A stretch of 40,928 bases of DNA from Anaerolineales bacterium. Lineage in GTDB: Bacteria; Chloroflexota; Anaerolineae; Anaerolineales; DRKV01. Of this stretch, positions 26,612 through 36,069 are shown in pieces. The stretch is from positions 1 through 40,928 of the forward strand of contig JANTFR010000003.1 of NCBI GenBank assembly GCA_024763355.1. The letters run 5' to 3'. A program made the translations under genes and the position numbers. The notes below the pieces were generated by a model that was given only the letters and a program-made list of their open reading frames with translations, made no database searches and was not told where the DNA came from. How positions within the stretch are numbered: position 1 is the stretch's first letter; each line of letters opens with the position of its first letter.

Positions 26612-27055
26612 ATGACCATTCGTGTAGAAATCGTCTCTCAAGACCGCATGGTGTACGAGGGAGAGGCCGATATTGTGGTAGTGCCGGGCGTGAGCGGCGA
26701 GATGGGCATCCTGCCCAACCACTCCCCGCTGATTTCCACCTTGCAATACGGTATTCTCAAAGTGCGCCGCGGCATGGATGAGCAGGTCTTCACCGTGGCA
26801 GGCGGCGTTGTGGAAGTCCAGCCGGACATCGTTACCGTGCTGGCCGACGCGGCGGAGAACGTGGCCGAGATTGACGTGGCCCGCGCCGAAGCGGCCCGTC
26901 AGCGGGCGGAGAAGTTCCTGCAGGAAGGCCCGCCCCCCGATACGGATACTTACCTGCGCATGGAGGCGGCTCTGCGCCGCTCCAACTTGCGTTTGGAGGC
27001 CGTGCGCCGCTACGGGCGCGCTATCCGCCGCCGCCAGGAAGAAGAGAACGTCTAG
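26612..27055 (+). CDS. atpC: F1 ATP synthase subunit epsilon
   Basis: IRVEIVSQD, GEMGILPNHSP, VAGGVVEVQPDIVTVLADAAE. Confidence 0.96.
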   Translation: MTIRVEIVSQDRMVYEGEADIVVVPGVSGEMGILPNHSPLISTLQYGILKVRRGMDEQVFTVAGGVVEVQPDIVTVLADAAENVAEIDVARAEAARQRAEKFLQEGPPPDTDTYLRMEAALRRSNLRLEAVRRYGRAIRRRQEEENV

Positions 27056-27057
27056 TC

Positions 27058-28071
27058 ATGGCTCTGTTCTCGCGGGACCTGGGCATTGACCTGGGAACTA
27101 AGTTCACGCGGATTGCCTCGGGAGATGCCGTCATCGTCGAGGAGCCCACCGTCGTGGCGATTGCCATCGAGGAGGCCAAGGCCGTGGAAATCGGCCAGGC
27201 CGCCGACGATATGGACGGCCGCGTCCCGGAATCTATCGAGGTGGTGCGCCCCCTGCAAAATGGGGTGATTGCCGATTACGAGGTGACCACCATCCTGCTG
27301 GATGCTTTGCTGCGCCGCACGCGTTCGGGATTCTCCTTCGTTGGGCCGCGGGTGGCAATCTCGGTTCCCGAAGGAATCACCAGCGTGGAGCGCCGCGCCG
27401 TCCACGAGGCTGCCCTGGAAGCCGGTTCGCGGGAAGCCGTCCTGGTGCAGCAGCCCCTCGCGGCGGCCCTGGGGGCCGATTTGCCCATTGGGACGCCCTC
27501 CGGCAACATGCTCCTGAGCATCGGGGCCGGTTCCACCCAGGCGGCGGTGCTGGCGATGTACGGCATCGTCACTTCCGAGACGATGCGGGCCGGCGGCTAT
27601 GCTATGGACGAGGCTATCGTTTCCTATGCCCGCCGCAAGTACGGCGTCATCATCGGGCCGCGCGTTGCCGAGCAAATCAAAATCCGCATCGGGGCTGCCG
27701 TTCCCCAGGAGACCGGCGACAGCGTGGAAGTGCAGGGGCAGGACCAGGTCTCCGGCCTGCCGCGCCCCCTCAGTCTGACCACCGATGAAGTGGTGGAGGC
27801 CTTGCAGGAGCCGTTAGCGCAGATTGCCGAGACGGCCCGCCGCGTTCTGGAAAAAACCCCCCCGGAATTGGTCTCGGACATCATTGACCACGGCCTTGCT
27901 CTGTGCGGCGGCGGCGCTCTCCTGCGCGGGATTGACAAACTGCTCACCAAGGAACTGGGCATCCCCGCTTACCTTGTGGAGCAGCCCCGCCACGTGGTGG
28001 CCCTGGGAGCTGCCCAGGTGCTCACCCCCAGCGTCTACGCCGTCGTGCGACGCAACCTGCCGCCCTCGTAA
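27058..28071 (+). CDS. mreB: Rod shape-determining protein MreB-like actin homologue
   Basis: LGIDLGT, EPTVVA, RPLQNGVIAD, TSVERRAV, AEQIKIRIG, LEKTPPELVSDI, GGGALLRG. Confidence 0.92.
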   Translation: MALFSRDLGIDLGTKFTRIASGDAVIVEEPTVVAIAIEEAKAVEIGQAADDMDGRVPESIEVVRPLQNGVIADYEVTTILLDALLRRTRSGFSFVGPRVAISVPEGITSVERRAVHEAALEAGSREAVLVQQPLAAALGADLPIGTPSGNMLLSIGAGSTQAAVLAMYGIVTSETMRAGGYAMDEAIVSYARRKYGVIIGPRVAEQIKIRIGAAVPQETGDSVEVQGQDQVSGLPRPLSLTTDEVVEALQEPLAQIAETARRVLEKTPPELVSDIIDHGLALCGGGALLRGIDKLLTKELGIPAYLVEQPRHVVALGAAQVLTPSVYAVVRRNLPPS

Positions 28072-28072
28072 A

Positions 28073-28125
28073 GGAATGGCAGAATGGGGAATGCGGAGTG
28101 CAGAATGTAGAATGCGGAATGTAGA
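28073..28125 (+). repeat. Degenerate 7-mer tandem repeat (GAATG[C/T][G/A])
   Basis: gaatgcg gagtgca gaatgta gaatgcg gaatgta. Confidence 0.8.
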
Positions 28126-28157
28126 AAGCCCGCCTCGTGTTGAGGTCGGGCTTTTTT
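28124..28157 (+). terminator. Intrinsic terminator of the atp-mreB unit
   Basis: AAAGCCCGCCTC-GTGTT-GAGGTCGGGCTTTTTT. Confidence 0.8.
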
Positions 28158-28269
28158 GTTGCGGCGTTTGCCAGAATTGCTCTTTGGCCACATCCCCGAT
28201 GTATTCTGCTATGCGTACCGTGGCATCGTGATATGCCGCAGGTACATCATGTTGTCATGGTATTTCAGG

Positions 28270-28385
28270 GTTAACACGGAATTGTGGGGTAGGATGAGCA
28301 GACTTCCGAGATTTTCCCGGCCTGATGTTCATCCAGAGCGGCTCTCGTCGAAATCTCGGAAGTCTTTACCCCACAAATCTGAGGA
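28270..28385 (+). mobile_element. ~110-bp MITE/REP-like element, copy 3
   Basis: TAACACGGAATTGTGGGGTAG...AGACTTCCGAGATTT...AAATCTCGGAAGTCTTTACCCCACAAATCTG; nested inverted repeats. Confidence 0.78.
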
Positions 28386-28394
28386 GAGCCATAT

Positions 28395-28490
28395 TTCATA
28401 AATCCCCTGGGCACTGGACAATACCGCTTCGCGGATGTAAGGGCTGATGGCCTGCTCAGTGACCAGGTCCACTTTGCGCCCAGCCAAGGC
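28395..28490 (-). pseudogene. C-terminal remnant of an MNT (minimal nucleotidyltransferase) antitoxin-like gene
   Basis: Manual translation ALAGRKVDLVTEQAISPYIREAVLSSAQGIYE; no N-terminal GS..R/SDxD part between it and the rex stop. Confidence 0.65.
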
Positions 28491-28516
28491 ACCTGTGCCC
28501 TCTTGCCTGCTCCCTC

Positions 28517-29143
28517 CTAGCGCGGTGCCAGATAGTACGTCATGTGCTGCAAATGGATGACGGGGTCAATGTGCTCCACGCGTATCCCCTCGCGCACGGC
28601 CAGATTGACCGGGGCGTAATTCAGGATGGCGCGTACGCCGACGGCAATCAGTTTGTCGGCGGTCTCCTGTGCCACCTCCGCCGGAACGGCCAGCATTGCC
28701 ACCTGGATGCTTCCCTCCGCGATGAGGCGCTCCATATCGGCCACATCCCGTACTTCAATACCGTTGATGACCTTGCCGATTTTGGCGGGGTCGCTGTCGA
28801 ACAGCATGGCGACGCGAAAGCCGTGCTCCTGAAAACCTTGGTAGCGCGCCAGGGCGCTGCCTACGTCTCCCGCTCCAATGACGGCCACATCCCAAACGCG
28901 GTCCACTTTCAGGATGCGGATGAGTTGCTTCTTCAAAAAGGGAATGTGATAGCCGGTGCCTTGTTTGCCGAATTCGCCGAACTGGGATAAATCCTTGCGA
29001 ATCTGCGCCGCGGAGATGCCCAATCGGGCGCCCAGTTCGTGGGAAGAAACGTATTCCAGGCCCTCTTCCTCCATGCGGCTGATGGCGCGCAAGTAGAGGG
29101 GCAGGCGGCTGACAACGATATCCGGGATGATGGGGCGTGTCAT
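28517..29143 (-). CDS. rex: Redox-sensing transcriptional repressor Rex
   Basis: IPDIVVSRLPLYLR, AAQIRKDLSQFGEFGKQGTGY, VIGAGDVGSAL, AILNYAP. Confidence 0.97.
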   Translation of the reverse strand: MTRPIIPDIVVSRLPLYLRAISRMEEEGLEYVSSHELGARLGISAAQIRKDLSQFGEFGKQGTGYHIPFLKKQLIRILKVDRVWDVAVIGAGDVGSALARYQGFQEHGFRVAMLFDSDPAKIGKVINGIEVRDVADMERLIAEGSIQVAMLAVPAEVAQETADKLIAVGVRAILNYAPVNLAVREGIRVEHIDPVIHLQHMTYYLAPR

Positions 29144-29258
29144 GCGGTCTCCTTGGCAATCCCGATGAACAAGAACCTGTCCGAAAACTTATGAAATGGC
29201 CTTTCCAGGCTGGTTGGAAAGGCCGCCTAACAACATGTTTCGGATAGACTCTGATAAT

Positions 29259-29293
29259 ATGAGAAATTTACCACAAAGTCCCCTTTTCCGCAA
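29259..29293 (-). promoter_or_regulatory. rex promoter with overlapping degenerate Rex-like box
   Basis: TTGCGG-17 bp-TAAATT; TTGTGGT-AAAT-TTCTCAT (4 mismatches to consensus) covers the -10. Confidence 0.5.
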
Positions 29294-29320
29294 ATCAGGC
29301 AAACGTACGCGGACGGCTGC

Positions 29321-30100
29321 TCACAGGTTGAGCAGGATGACGTTCTGCCCGTTCACCCGGCCGACATCCAGTTCCGTGCCGTATGTGGCGCTCAGATTGG
29401 CAGCGTTGAAGACTTCCTCCAATCTGCCATGTTTCAGGACACGCCCGCCGCGCATCAGAATTACGTTGTCAGCGATAACCGCTGCGGATTCTGGGTCGTG
29501 GGTCGTATAAATTACGGTTATCTTCCGGTTCGCGAGGGCGCGCATGATTTGGAGGACGCGTTTTTTGTTGGCAAGGTCGAGATGGGCGGTTGGTTCGTCG
29601 AACAAGAGAATTTGGGGAGATTGAGCAAGGGTACGGGCAATCAAGGCCAATTGATGCTCGCCACCGCTCAAGGTGGTAACTGCCCGGTGAGAGAGTGCAT
29701 CCAGGCCTAAATCGTGGAGCGCCGTTCTGGCGGCCTGGATGTCTTCCGGTTGGGGGGTGGAGAAAAAGCCCAAATGCGGGGTGCGCCCCAAAAGGACGTA
29801 TTCCAGCACACGGTAATCGAAAGGGGTATGCTCGCGTTGAGGCACCAGCCCCAGGGTGCGGCTCAATTCCCGATGTGAGTAATCTCCCAGAGGGGTGCCG
29901 CGCAACAGAATTGTGCCGTCCTTCGGCGTGTATCTTCCCAGAAGAAGATACAGCAAGGTAGATTTTCCTGCCCCGTTGGGGCCAAGGATGGCATTGACCG
30001 TTCCTGAGAAGATGTCAAAAGATACGGAGTGCAGCGCCTCGGTGGCCGCCTCAGGGTAGGAGAAGAGCACGTTTTGCAGGCTGAGCAATGGCGTAGTCAT
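29321..30100 (-). CDS. ABC transporter ATP-binding subunit (FecE/BtuD type)
   Basis: GPNGAGKST, LSGGEHQ, LLFDEPTAHLD, TTHDP; ATG 30100 overlaps the permease stop. Confidence 0.93.
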   Translation of the reverse strand: MTTPLLSLQNVLFSYPEAATEALHSVSFDIFSGTVNAILGPNGAGKSTLLYLLLGRYTPKDGTILLRGTPLGDYSHRELSRTLGLVPQREHTPFDYRVLEYVLLGRTPHLGFFSTPQPEDIQAARTALHDLGLDALSHRAVTTLSGGEHQLALIARTLAQSPQILLFDEPTAHLDLANKKRVLQIMRALANRKITVIYTTHDPESAAVIADNVILMRGGRVLKHGRLEEVFNAANLSATYGTELDVGRVNGQNVILLNL

Positions 30101-31089
30101 CGGTTGATTTTCAGTTGCTGAGTGGTCATCAAGAAAGCAAAGACCAGGGCGCCAATCAGTGAGGTGATGATGCCCAAAGGGATTTCGCCGGCGAGGAGAG
30201 TGCGAGCAAGGTTGTCGCACAGCAAGGTGAAGATGCCTCCTATCAGCATAGCCGCCGGCAAAGCGTACTGTGTGTTCGCACCAAAGAAACGCCGCGCCAG
30301 ATGGGGAATAATCAATCCGACCCAGCCAATCATACCGGCTACGGAAATTACGGGGGCAGCAGAGGTGACCGCCAGTACCAACAAGATAGTGCGTTCACGT
30401 GCCGGGGCCGTTCCCAGGGAGAATGCAGTTCCATCCGACAACGAAAGGACGTTGAGCCGCCAGCGGGTCAGGTATAGCACCAGGAGGGAAGGAAGAACCG
30501 CGGGCAGGATGGCAAGCAGACTTTGCCAGCGCGTCCCCCACAGCCCGCCCAGCAGCCAGAAAGTGATTTCGGGAAGTTGGGTGAGAGGGTCGGCCATGTA
30601 TTTGAGCAGGCCGACCCCGGACGCGAAGAGAGCGGAAACCGCAATTCCGGCAAGTACCATGCGCAACACCCAACCACCATAACGCAGATATTTCGCCAGT
30701 AAGTAGGAGAAGAGAAGACCCAGCAAAGCGAAAAACGCGGCGCTGAGTTGTATCCACAGGGGGGAGGCGTTGAGAGTCAGAATAGCCAACGCCGCTCCGA
30801 ATGCCGCCCCCTGGGATACCCCCAGAAATCCCGGCTCGACCAGCGGGTTGCGGAACAGTGTTTGCATGACCATGCCGCTTGCTGACAAAGCCGCTCCCAG
30901 GATAAAGGCCGTCAAAATCCTGGGGAGGCGGAGGCTGAAGACGAGACGATATGCTAACGGTTCTGTCTGAAGGGACAGAGAGAACGGCGAGACAGGGTAT
31001 CTGCCTACAAAGAGAGATGCTCCTAATCCCAGTATGGAGGCCAGAATCAGGAGCGTGAAAGCGAATAAGGAGGAGCGATTGGAGCGCAC
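30097..31089 (-). CDS. ABC transporter permease (FecCD/BtuC type II)
   Basis: LRLPRI, QTLFRNPLVEPGFLGVSQGA, FWLLG, GWVGLIIPHLAR, EIPLGIITSLIG. Confidence 0.94.
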   Translation of the reverse strand: MRSNRSSLFAFTLLILASILGLGASLFVGRYPVSPFSLSLQTEPLAYRLVFSLRLPRILTAFILGAALSASGMVMQTLFRNPLVEPGFLGVSQGAAFGAALAILTLNASPLWIQLSAAFFALLGLLFSYLLAKYLRYGGWVLRMVLAGIAVSALFASGVGLLKYMADPLTQLPEITFWLLGGLWGTRWQSLLAILPAVLPSLLVLYLTRWRLNVLSLSDGTAFSLGTAPARERTILLVLAVTSAAPVISVAGMIGWVGLIIPHLARRFFGANTQYALPAAMLIGGIFTLLCDNLARTLLAGEIPLGIITSLIGALVFAFLMTTQQLKINR

Positions 31090-31093
31090 AGGG

Positions 31094-32212
31094 TTAGCGA
31101 AGCGGAGTGGCGGGCAGAGTTATCAGAGGCAGGATTTGTTCGCTGACAACCGATTTATCCAGATTGTAGAGGCTGCCGTAGAAATCGTAGACCTCGTTCT
31201 CCATCTCCAGGTCTGTAAACAGGTCAGGATGGGTTTGGGTTGCCATCCAGGTGAGGCACAAAATCCAGCGCGGGTCTGGCTGGTCCCAACTGTAGAAATC
31301 TCTGGGGACTGCAAAAATCTGGCTGTTCTGCACGGCTTGCAGACTTTGGGTGAGGGGATTTCCCTGAAGGTCCTTGATGGCCTCGTTGGTGTCGCCGAAG
31401 TAATCTACGATGTAAATCTGTTCCGGATTCCAGACGGCGACTTGCTCCAGCCCGACCACGGTCCAGCGGGAACCGAGTTCTGCATCCAGCCAGACAGGCG
31501 CTCCGCCGGCCAGTTTGAGCATTGTCGTCTGCATCCAGTCTGCTGGCGGCACATTGTAAGATATTTCGCCGCCTTTGGTGGAATACTGGAGGAAAAGGAC
31601 GGATGGCTTGTCGTCGTCTGCCACTTTGCTAACCGCATCCTCGATATGCTGCATCCGCTCCTGATAAAACGAGATGATTTCCTGTGCGCGGGCCTCGTTT
31701 TGGAAAATGACCCCGAAACGCTGGATATCCTGAAAAAATCCTTCGGGTGTTTCGGAACTCAAATAGACTACTGGCACGCCCAGCCCCTCAACGGCCGCCC
31801 CCAGTTTTTTTGCCATCGAGTCTTTGATGATAATCAAGTCTGGATTGACGGTGGCGATTTGCTCTGGCCCGGCATCGCCTTCCAAGACCAACTTTTCATC
31901 GGCCTTTGGCTCGACGAGATATAGAAAATCGTTGCCCTGGCCGGATTTGGCAATCGCGGCGACCTTTGTAAGGGCCTCAGGGAAGAGATAAGCCTCGTCC
32001 ACCAGCATCAGGTTGGCGAAACCCGCGATAACGATACGGGAGGGGGGCGCTTCGAGGGTGACGGTGCGTCCCAGGTCGTCTTCGAGTACGATGGGGGTGG
32101 GTTGGGCTGCCTCCTCTGTGGCGGCAGGCGTCTGTGGAGCGGGAGCGCAGGCGCTGAGCAGCATCGCCGATAGCGAGAACAGGATGAAAGTAAAACGAAG
32201 CAAGGTTTTCAT
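31094..32212 (-). CDS. ABC substrate-binding lipoprotein (helical-backbone class III)
   Basis: Lipobox LSAC; DDLGRTVTL..PPSRIV, EQIATVNPDLII, EQVAVWNPEQI, LQAVQNSQIF. Confidence 0.92.
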   Translation of the reverse strand: MKTLLRFTFILFSLSAMLLSACAPAPQTPAATEEAAQPTPIVLEDDLGRTVTLEAPPSRIVIAGFANLMLVDEAYLFPEALTKVAAIAKSGQGNDFLYLVEPKADEKLVLEGDAGPEQIATVNPDLIIIKDSMAKKLGAAVEGLGVPVVYLSSETPEGFFQDIQRFGVIFQNEARAQEIISFYQERMQHIEDAVSKVADDDKPSVLFLQYSTKGGEISYNVPPADWMQTTMLKLAGGAPVWLDAELGSRWTVVGLEQVAVWNPEQIYIVDYFGDTNEAIKDLQGNPLTQSLQAVQNSQIFAVPRDFYSWDQPDPRWILCLTWMATQTHPDLFTDLEMENEVYDFYGSLYNLDKSVVSEQILPLITLPATPLR

Positions 32213-32754
32213 AGAGACTTGTCCTTATGGGAGATGATGGTGTGGAAGAGTTTGGTGGGAATTGTATCGCGATTCTCTTTGTCCAGAACGATGATGGATG
32301 GCTTCAATCTGCCAAGCCTATTCTTAAGTGACTCCATCAGTGAGGGGCGCATGGTGACGATAGCCAGGCGGTATCCGGCGTTCTCCAGGGCCGGGAGAGC
32401 GCGGGTCAACCCCCGCCCCTGTATGAGTTCCAGGGGGCCGATTTCATCTATCAGGAGAAGGTCTGTCCTGGAGATTGCATCGAGACAGGTGTTTCCCCAG
32501 GCAATCGTATCTTTGTCCATGCGCCAGTAGCCAATATCAGGAGTTTCATGCGGTAACGCTCTTCTGGCAAATGGCCGCTCTTCCCCTGTTGCTACATTCT
32601 GGAGATGGATAGCGGTTTTCTCTCCCGCCTGAAAAATGGGGATAGACAGGATTCCCGCGGCGCTCAGGTTGTTCTGTTGGACAGTGTCTAGCAGCCGAGC
32701 GCACGCGGTTGTTTTTCCGGAGCCGGATGGCGCGGAAAGAAGGACTAGTTTCAT
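32209..32754 (-). CDS. P-loop NTPase (THEP1/NTPase_1 or DUF2478-like)
   Basis: MKLVLLSAPSGSGKTT, LLLIDEIGPLEL, LDKENRD. Confidence 0.85.
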   Translation of the reverse strand: MKLVLLSAPSGSGKTTACARLLDTVQQNNLSAAGILSIPIFQAGEKTAIHLQNVATGEERPFARRALPHETPDIGYWRMDKDTIAWGNTCLDAISRTDLLLIDEIGPLELIQGRGLTRALPALENAGYRLAIVTMRPSLMESLKNRLGRLKPSIIVLDKENRDTIPTKLFHTIISHKDKSL

Positions 32755-32801
32755 GCGAAATCTTTCGTAGAGGGGATAGAAGCGGTCATCCGCCGCGGGG
32801 G

Positions 32802-33122
32802 TCAAATCACCAGCGTTGCCATGTCTGCGCCAAAGAGTGCCAGTCGGTCGCCATCCTTGATGGTGACGCACAAATCCCAGTTGTGACAATCTTCGCAGAA
32901 TTGCTGGTAGCCGAGATAGTCCGCCATGCGATTATGCGTGGTGAGCAATTTACTATTCAGAAAGACGGTGTAAAGCGTGTCACGGGGAATGCCGATGCGC
33001 TGCAACAAATCGTCCAGCGTCTCCATCGGGCGAGCGGGTACTTCGATGATACCCTGCGTACCGATTTCCCGGTCCGTCTTGTATATTTTACGCAGGCGCC
33101 CATACAGAACAATCGTGACCAT
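32802..33122 (-). CDS. MoaD/ThiS-like beta-grasp protein lacking terminal Gly-Gly, with Cys-rich insert
   Basis: MVTIVLYGRLR...TLDDLLQRIGIP...VFLNSKL...CEDCHNWDLC..IKDGDRLALFGADMATLVI. Confidence 0.75.
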   Translation of the reverse strand: MVTIVLYGRLRKIYKTDREIGTQGIIEVPARPMETLDDLLQRIGIPRDTLYTVFLNSKLLTTHNRMADYLGYQQFCEDCHNWDLCVTIKDGDRLALFGADMATLVI

Positions 33123-33159
33123 GATTTGCTTTTTCTTCTCTCCGGCGGGAAGCGGGGGG

Positions 33160-33969
33160 CTATTTGTCCGTCGAAGCGTGGGCTTCCTGAACATATTGGA
33201 TGGCGATATGGGCAGTATCAGCATTCTTGTCGGGGATGATGTGCACGGCTGCACCACGCCCGGCTTTGTGCAGCACCAGGCTGGCATGTTGGATGTACGG
33301 GTCTCTGTTGGGGTAAGGGTAGAAAGCCAGGCTTTCCCAGCCGTGGAAAGGTGCCTCCCGCAAATAGAAAATTTGCAGCGCATCCGCCGGGCCTGAACCT
33401 CGATAGGCTTCCCATGTGGATGAGGCTTCCGCCTGGGGATAAATGGCCTCAATGGGAGCGGCTTGAGACCCTCGCGGCAATGGCATGCCCAGGGGCGATA
33501 CATGGACGCCCTCGACGTGGGCGGAGAAGCGCAAACTGGCAACCATGCGCGAGACGACCGGTTGAAAGGTCTCTTTCTCATCCTTTCGGTGGGTGACCAT
33601 TAAATGCAGGATGATGCCGCCTGCCGAAAGGATGCCCGTCCACAGCCGGCGGTTATCACGCCGCGGCAAGAGCAGTTCGGCCTCGAACCCTCGAGCACTA
33701 CCGACTTCAAAGGGAGCGGAACCGACCTTCTTGGCCGTGTGCATGACGGCGATTTTAGTCAGATGCTGACTCCACAACGGTTCGACAGGCCGTTGATAGG
33801 GGTTGTATTCGGCGCGGACGAGCAGATAGCCCATCCGCGGCCCGTGGTAGGCTGTATCTAGCGCCTCGCGGTGCATCGCAAAGGCTTCTACGTCGCCATG
33901 CGTGGCATGTACCCACTCGTTGGGATAGGTGACCTCGTAGCCCCAAAAATGCTGTTGAAAGACAGCCAT
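33160..33969 (-). CDS. Hypothetical protein
   Basis: 269-aa ORF tightly spaced within the operon; the WGYEVTYPNEW start is weakly PsbP-like. Confidence 0.75.
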   Translation of the reverse strand: MAVFQQHFWGYEVTYPNEWVHATHGDVEAFAMHREALDTAYHGPRMGYLLVRAEYNPYQRPVEPLWSQHLTKIAVMHTAKKVGSAPFEVGSARGFEAELLLPRRDNRRLWTGILSAGGIILHLMVTHRKDEKETFQPVVSRMVASLRFSAHVEGVHVSPLGMPLPRGSQAAPIEAIYPQAEASSTWEAYRGSGPADALQIFYLREAPFHGWESLAFYPYPNRDPYIQHASLVLHKAGRGAAVHIIPDKNADTAHIAIQYVQEAHASTDK

Positions 33970-33971
33970 GC

Positions 33972-34211
33972 TCAGCCTCCACCTACGGCGGGGATGTAAG
34001 CGATGCGGGCGTCAGGCTCCGCCGGTGTATCGAAGTCAACTTGCAGCCCATTTTGCATGACTATTTTGATTTCCTGGCGTGGGATACCCAACTGGTCGCA
34101 GATTCGCCCCAGCGTGGCTCCGTCCTGAACATCCAGACGCAACGCTTCTCCAATGCCTTGTTCGGGCATGTAACGCCGTAAGGTGGCAAAAACGCGGACA
34201 TCCACTTCCAT
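33972..34211 (-). CDS. MoaD/ThiS family sulfur carrier
   Basis: VRVFATLRRY...CDQLGIP...MQNG...IAYIPAVGGG with terminal Gly-Gly. Confidence 0.92.
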   Translation of the reverse strand: MEVDVRVFATLRRYMPEQGIGEALRLDVQDGATLGRICDQLGIPRQEIKIVMQNGLQVDFDTPAEPDARIAYIPAVGGG

Positions 34212-34242
34212 AAGAAATGTTTCCTGAACAGTCTGGATAAAT

Positions 34243-34276
34243 GACAGACGCGAGCAGTTGATAGCCCGCGTCTGTC
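34243..34276 (-). terminator. Intra-operon hairpin after aor (mRNA stabiliser or weak terminator)
   Basis: GACAGACGCG...CGCGTCTGTC 10-bp stem with a poor U tract. Confidence 0.5.
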
Positions 34277-34291
34277 GTCGAAGCGTAAATC

Positions 34292-36046
34292 TTATTCGTG
34301 AACCCAGGCGTATACTTCATCTAGCACTTCGTCGGGGACATCCCAGACGGTATTGTGCGGCGGTAATGGCTCAGTACGCATGAATTCCGGCAGGCGGTCG
34401 TCTTCTTTGGTGAAGCCGGCCCGCTCATTGAACAGGCGCTCCATGCGCAAAATTTCTTTGCCCATCGGCACCACGTCTGCACCGGTGATATCCATTCCCA
34501 TCACGCCCGCCACACTTTCGGCCATCCCTTCCCATCCTTCGGGGATGTCCAGAATGGGGAAAGCGATGAACAGGCAGTAGCCGGTACTGTCAATGAAAGC
34601 GGTCGCGGCTTGGAAGGTCAGGGAAAGTTCTGCCTTGCCTTCAATGCTCATTGGATCCACCTTGCCGCCTACGCCGGCGATTTCGGGGGCGATGGTGTAG
34701 CCGGATGTATGGTCGGCCCCCATGGTGGACGTGGCGTACGTCACGCCAATACCTTTGATGGCGCGCGGCTCGTAGGCCGGCATGGATTGCCCCTTGACGG
34801 TTGGGACGCGGTAGAGACCGAAGGCTTTAGCCGTGGCCTCTACTCCCTGGCCGAGGATACGTCCTAAGGGGGTCCCTTTGGCAATCTCCTCGAAGAGCGC
34901 CAGTGCGCCCTCTTTGTCGCCGAATTCAAGCAGGCCGCCTTCCATGGCTACGGCAATTGTGTTGCCGGCCTCGATGGTATCCATGCCAAGGTCGTTGCAG
35001 TATTTGGTCATCTGGGCCACGAAATCCAAATCGTCAATGCCACAGTTGGAGCCCAAAGCCATGGCCGTTTCGTACTCAACCGGCGAGGCGATAATCTGGC
35101 CGTCAGGGCCGGGGTAAACATTGGAGCATTGAATAATGCAGCCCGGATGGCAGGCGTGACCGGTTTGTCCTGCCTTGCGCTTTTCCACCATTTCCGCAAT
35201 CATCTCACCGGAAATCTTGGCGGCGCCTTCGAACTGTCCGGAACTGAAATTGCGGGTGGGCAGGCCGCCGGCCTCGTTGATGATGTTCATCAGCACGTCC
35301 GTGCCGTAAGCGTTCAATCCGCCGTTCTTCTTGGTCAGGTCGTGGGCCTGAATAGCCTTGGTCAGTTTGCGGCGTCCTTGTTTGAACAACTCGGGGTTGG
35401 CGATATGTACGCCGGGGCCGCCTTTGTCGTCTACTACGATGGCTTTCACGCCACGCGCCCCCATGACAGCGCCCAGGCCGCCGCGTCCGGCATATCGACC
35501 GGGGTTGTTCTCCGGGTCGTTTACGGAAATGCCGGCGTTGGTGAGTTTGCGCTCGCCCACTGGCCCGATGCCGATGACCGCTGGCTTGTGGGGATAACGC
35601 TCCCACATGACTTTGTCCACTTCTTCCATGCCCTTACCGAGCAGGTCACTGGCGTCCTCGAACTTGACGCCGTCTTTGTCAATGAAGATAGAGTACCACT
35701 TGCCGTCTTTGGGCTGGCCTTCCAGAATGATGGCTGCGATGCCCAATTTACCGATTTTCTGGCTGGACAGGCCGCCGGAATTGGACTCCTTGATTGTCCC
35801 GGTCAGCGGGCTTTTCGCACCAAACGAAGTGCGCCCGCTGCTGGGGGCGGCGGGAGTCCCGGAAACCCATCCCGGGGCGATGACCAGTTTGTTGTTTGGC
35901 CCTAGCGGGTGACAGGTTGGCTCGACTTCATCGAAAATGATGGCGGAAGTCAATCCGCGACCGCCCCATTTGGCCCACTTTTCAGGAATATCCTCATAAG
36001 TAGCCGAAAGGTCGGTCATGTTGATACGAAGAATTTTTCTGGCCAT
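34292..36046 (-). CDS. aor: Tungsten-type aldehyde:ferredoxin oxidoreductase
   Basis: WGGRGL, KSPLTGTIKESNSGG, AGRGGLGAVMG..KAI, LPTRNF, CHPGCIIQC, EYET, NDLGMDTI, DSTGYCLF, FNERAG..DDRLP. Confidence 0.96.
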   Translation of the reverse strand: MARKILRINMTDLSATYEDIPEKWAKWGGRGLTSAIIFDEVEPTCHPLGPNNKLVIAPGWVSGTPAAPSSGRTSFGAKSPLTGTIKESNSGGLSSQKIGKLGIAAIILEGQPKDGKWYSIFIDKDGVKFEDASDLLGKGMEEVDKVMWERYPHKPAVIGIGPVGERKLTNAGISVNDPENNPGRYAGRGGLGAVMGARGVKAIVVDDKGGPGVHIANPELFKQGRRKLTKAIQAHDLTKKNGGLNAYGTDVLMNIINEAGGLPTRNFSSGQFEGAAKISGEMIAEMVEKRKAGQTGHACHPGCIIQCSNVYPGPDGQIIASPVEYETAMALGSNCGIDDLDFVAQMTKYCNDLGMDTIEAGNTIAVAMEGGLLEFGDKEGALALFEEIAKGTPLGRILGQGVEATAKAFGLYRVPTVKGQSMPAYEPRAIKGIGVTYATSTMGADHTSGYTIAPEIAGVGGKVDPMSIEGKAELSLTFQAATAFIDSTGYCLFIAFPILDIPEGWEGMAESVAGVMGMDITGADVVPMGKEILRMERLFNERAGFTKEDDRLPEFMRTEPLPPHNTVWDVPDEVLDEVYAWVHE

Positions 36047-36069
36047 GCTTTTCTCCTCTCGTGAAGAAT

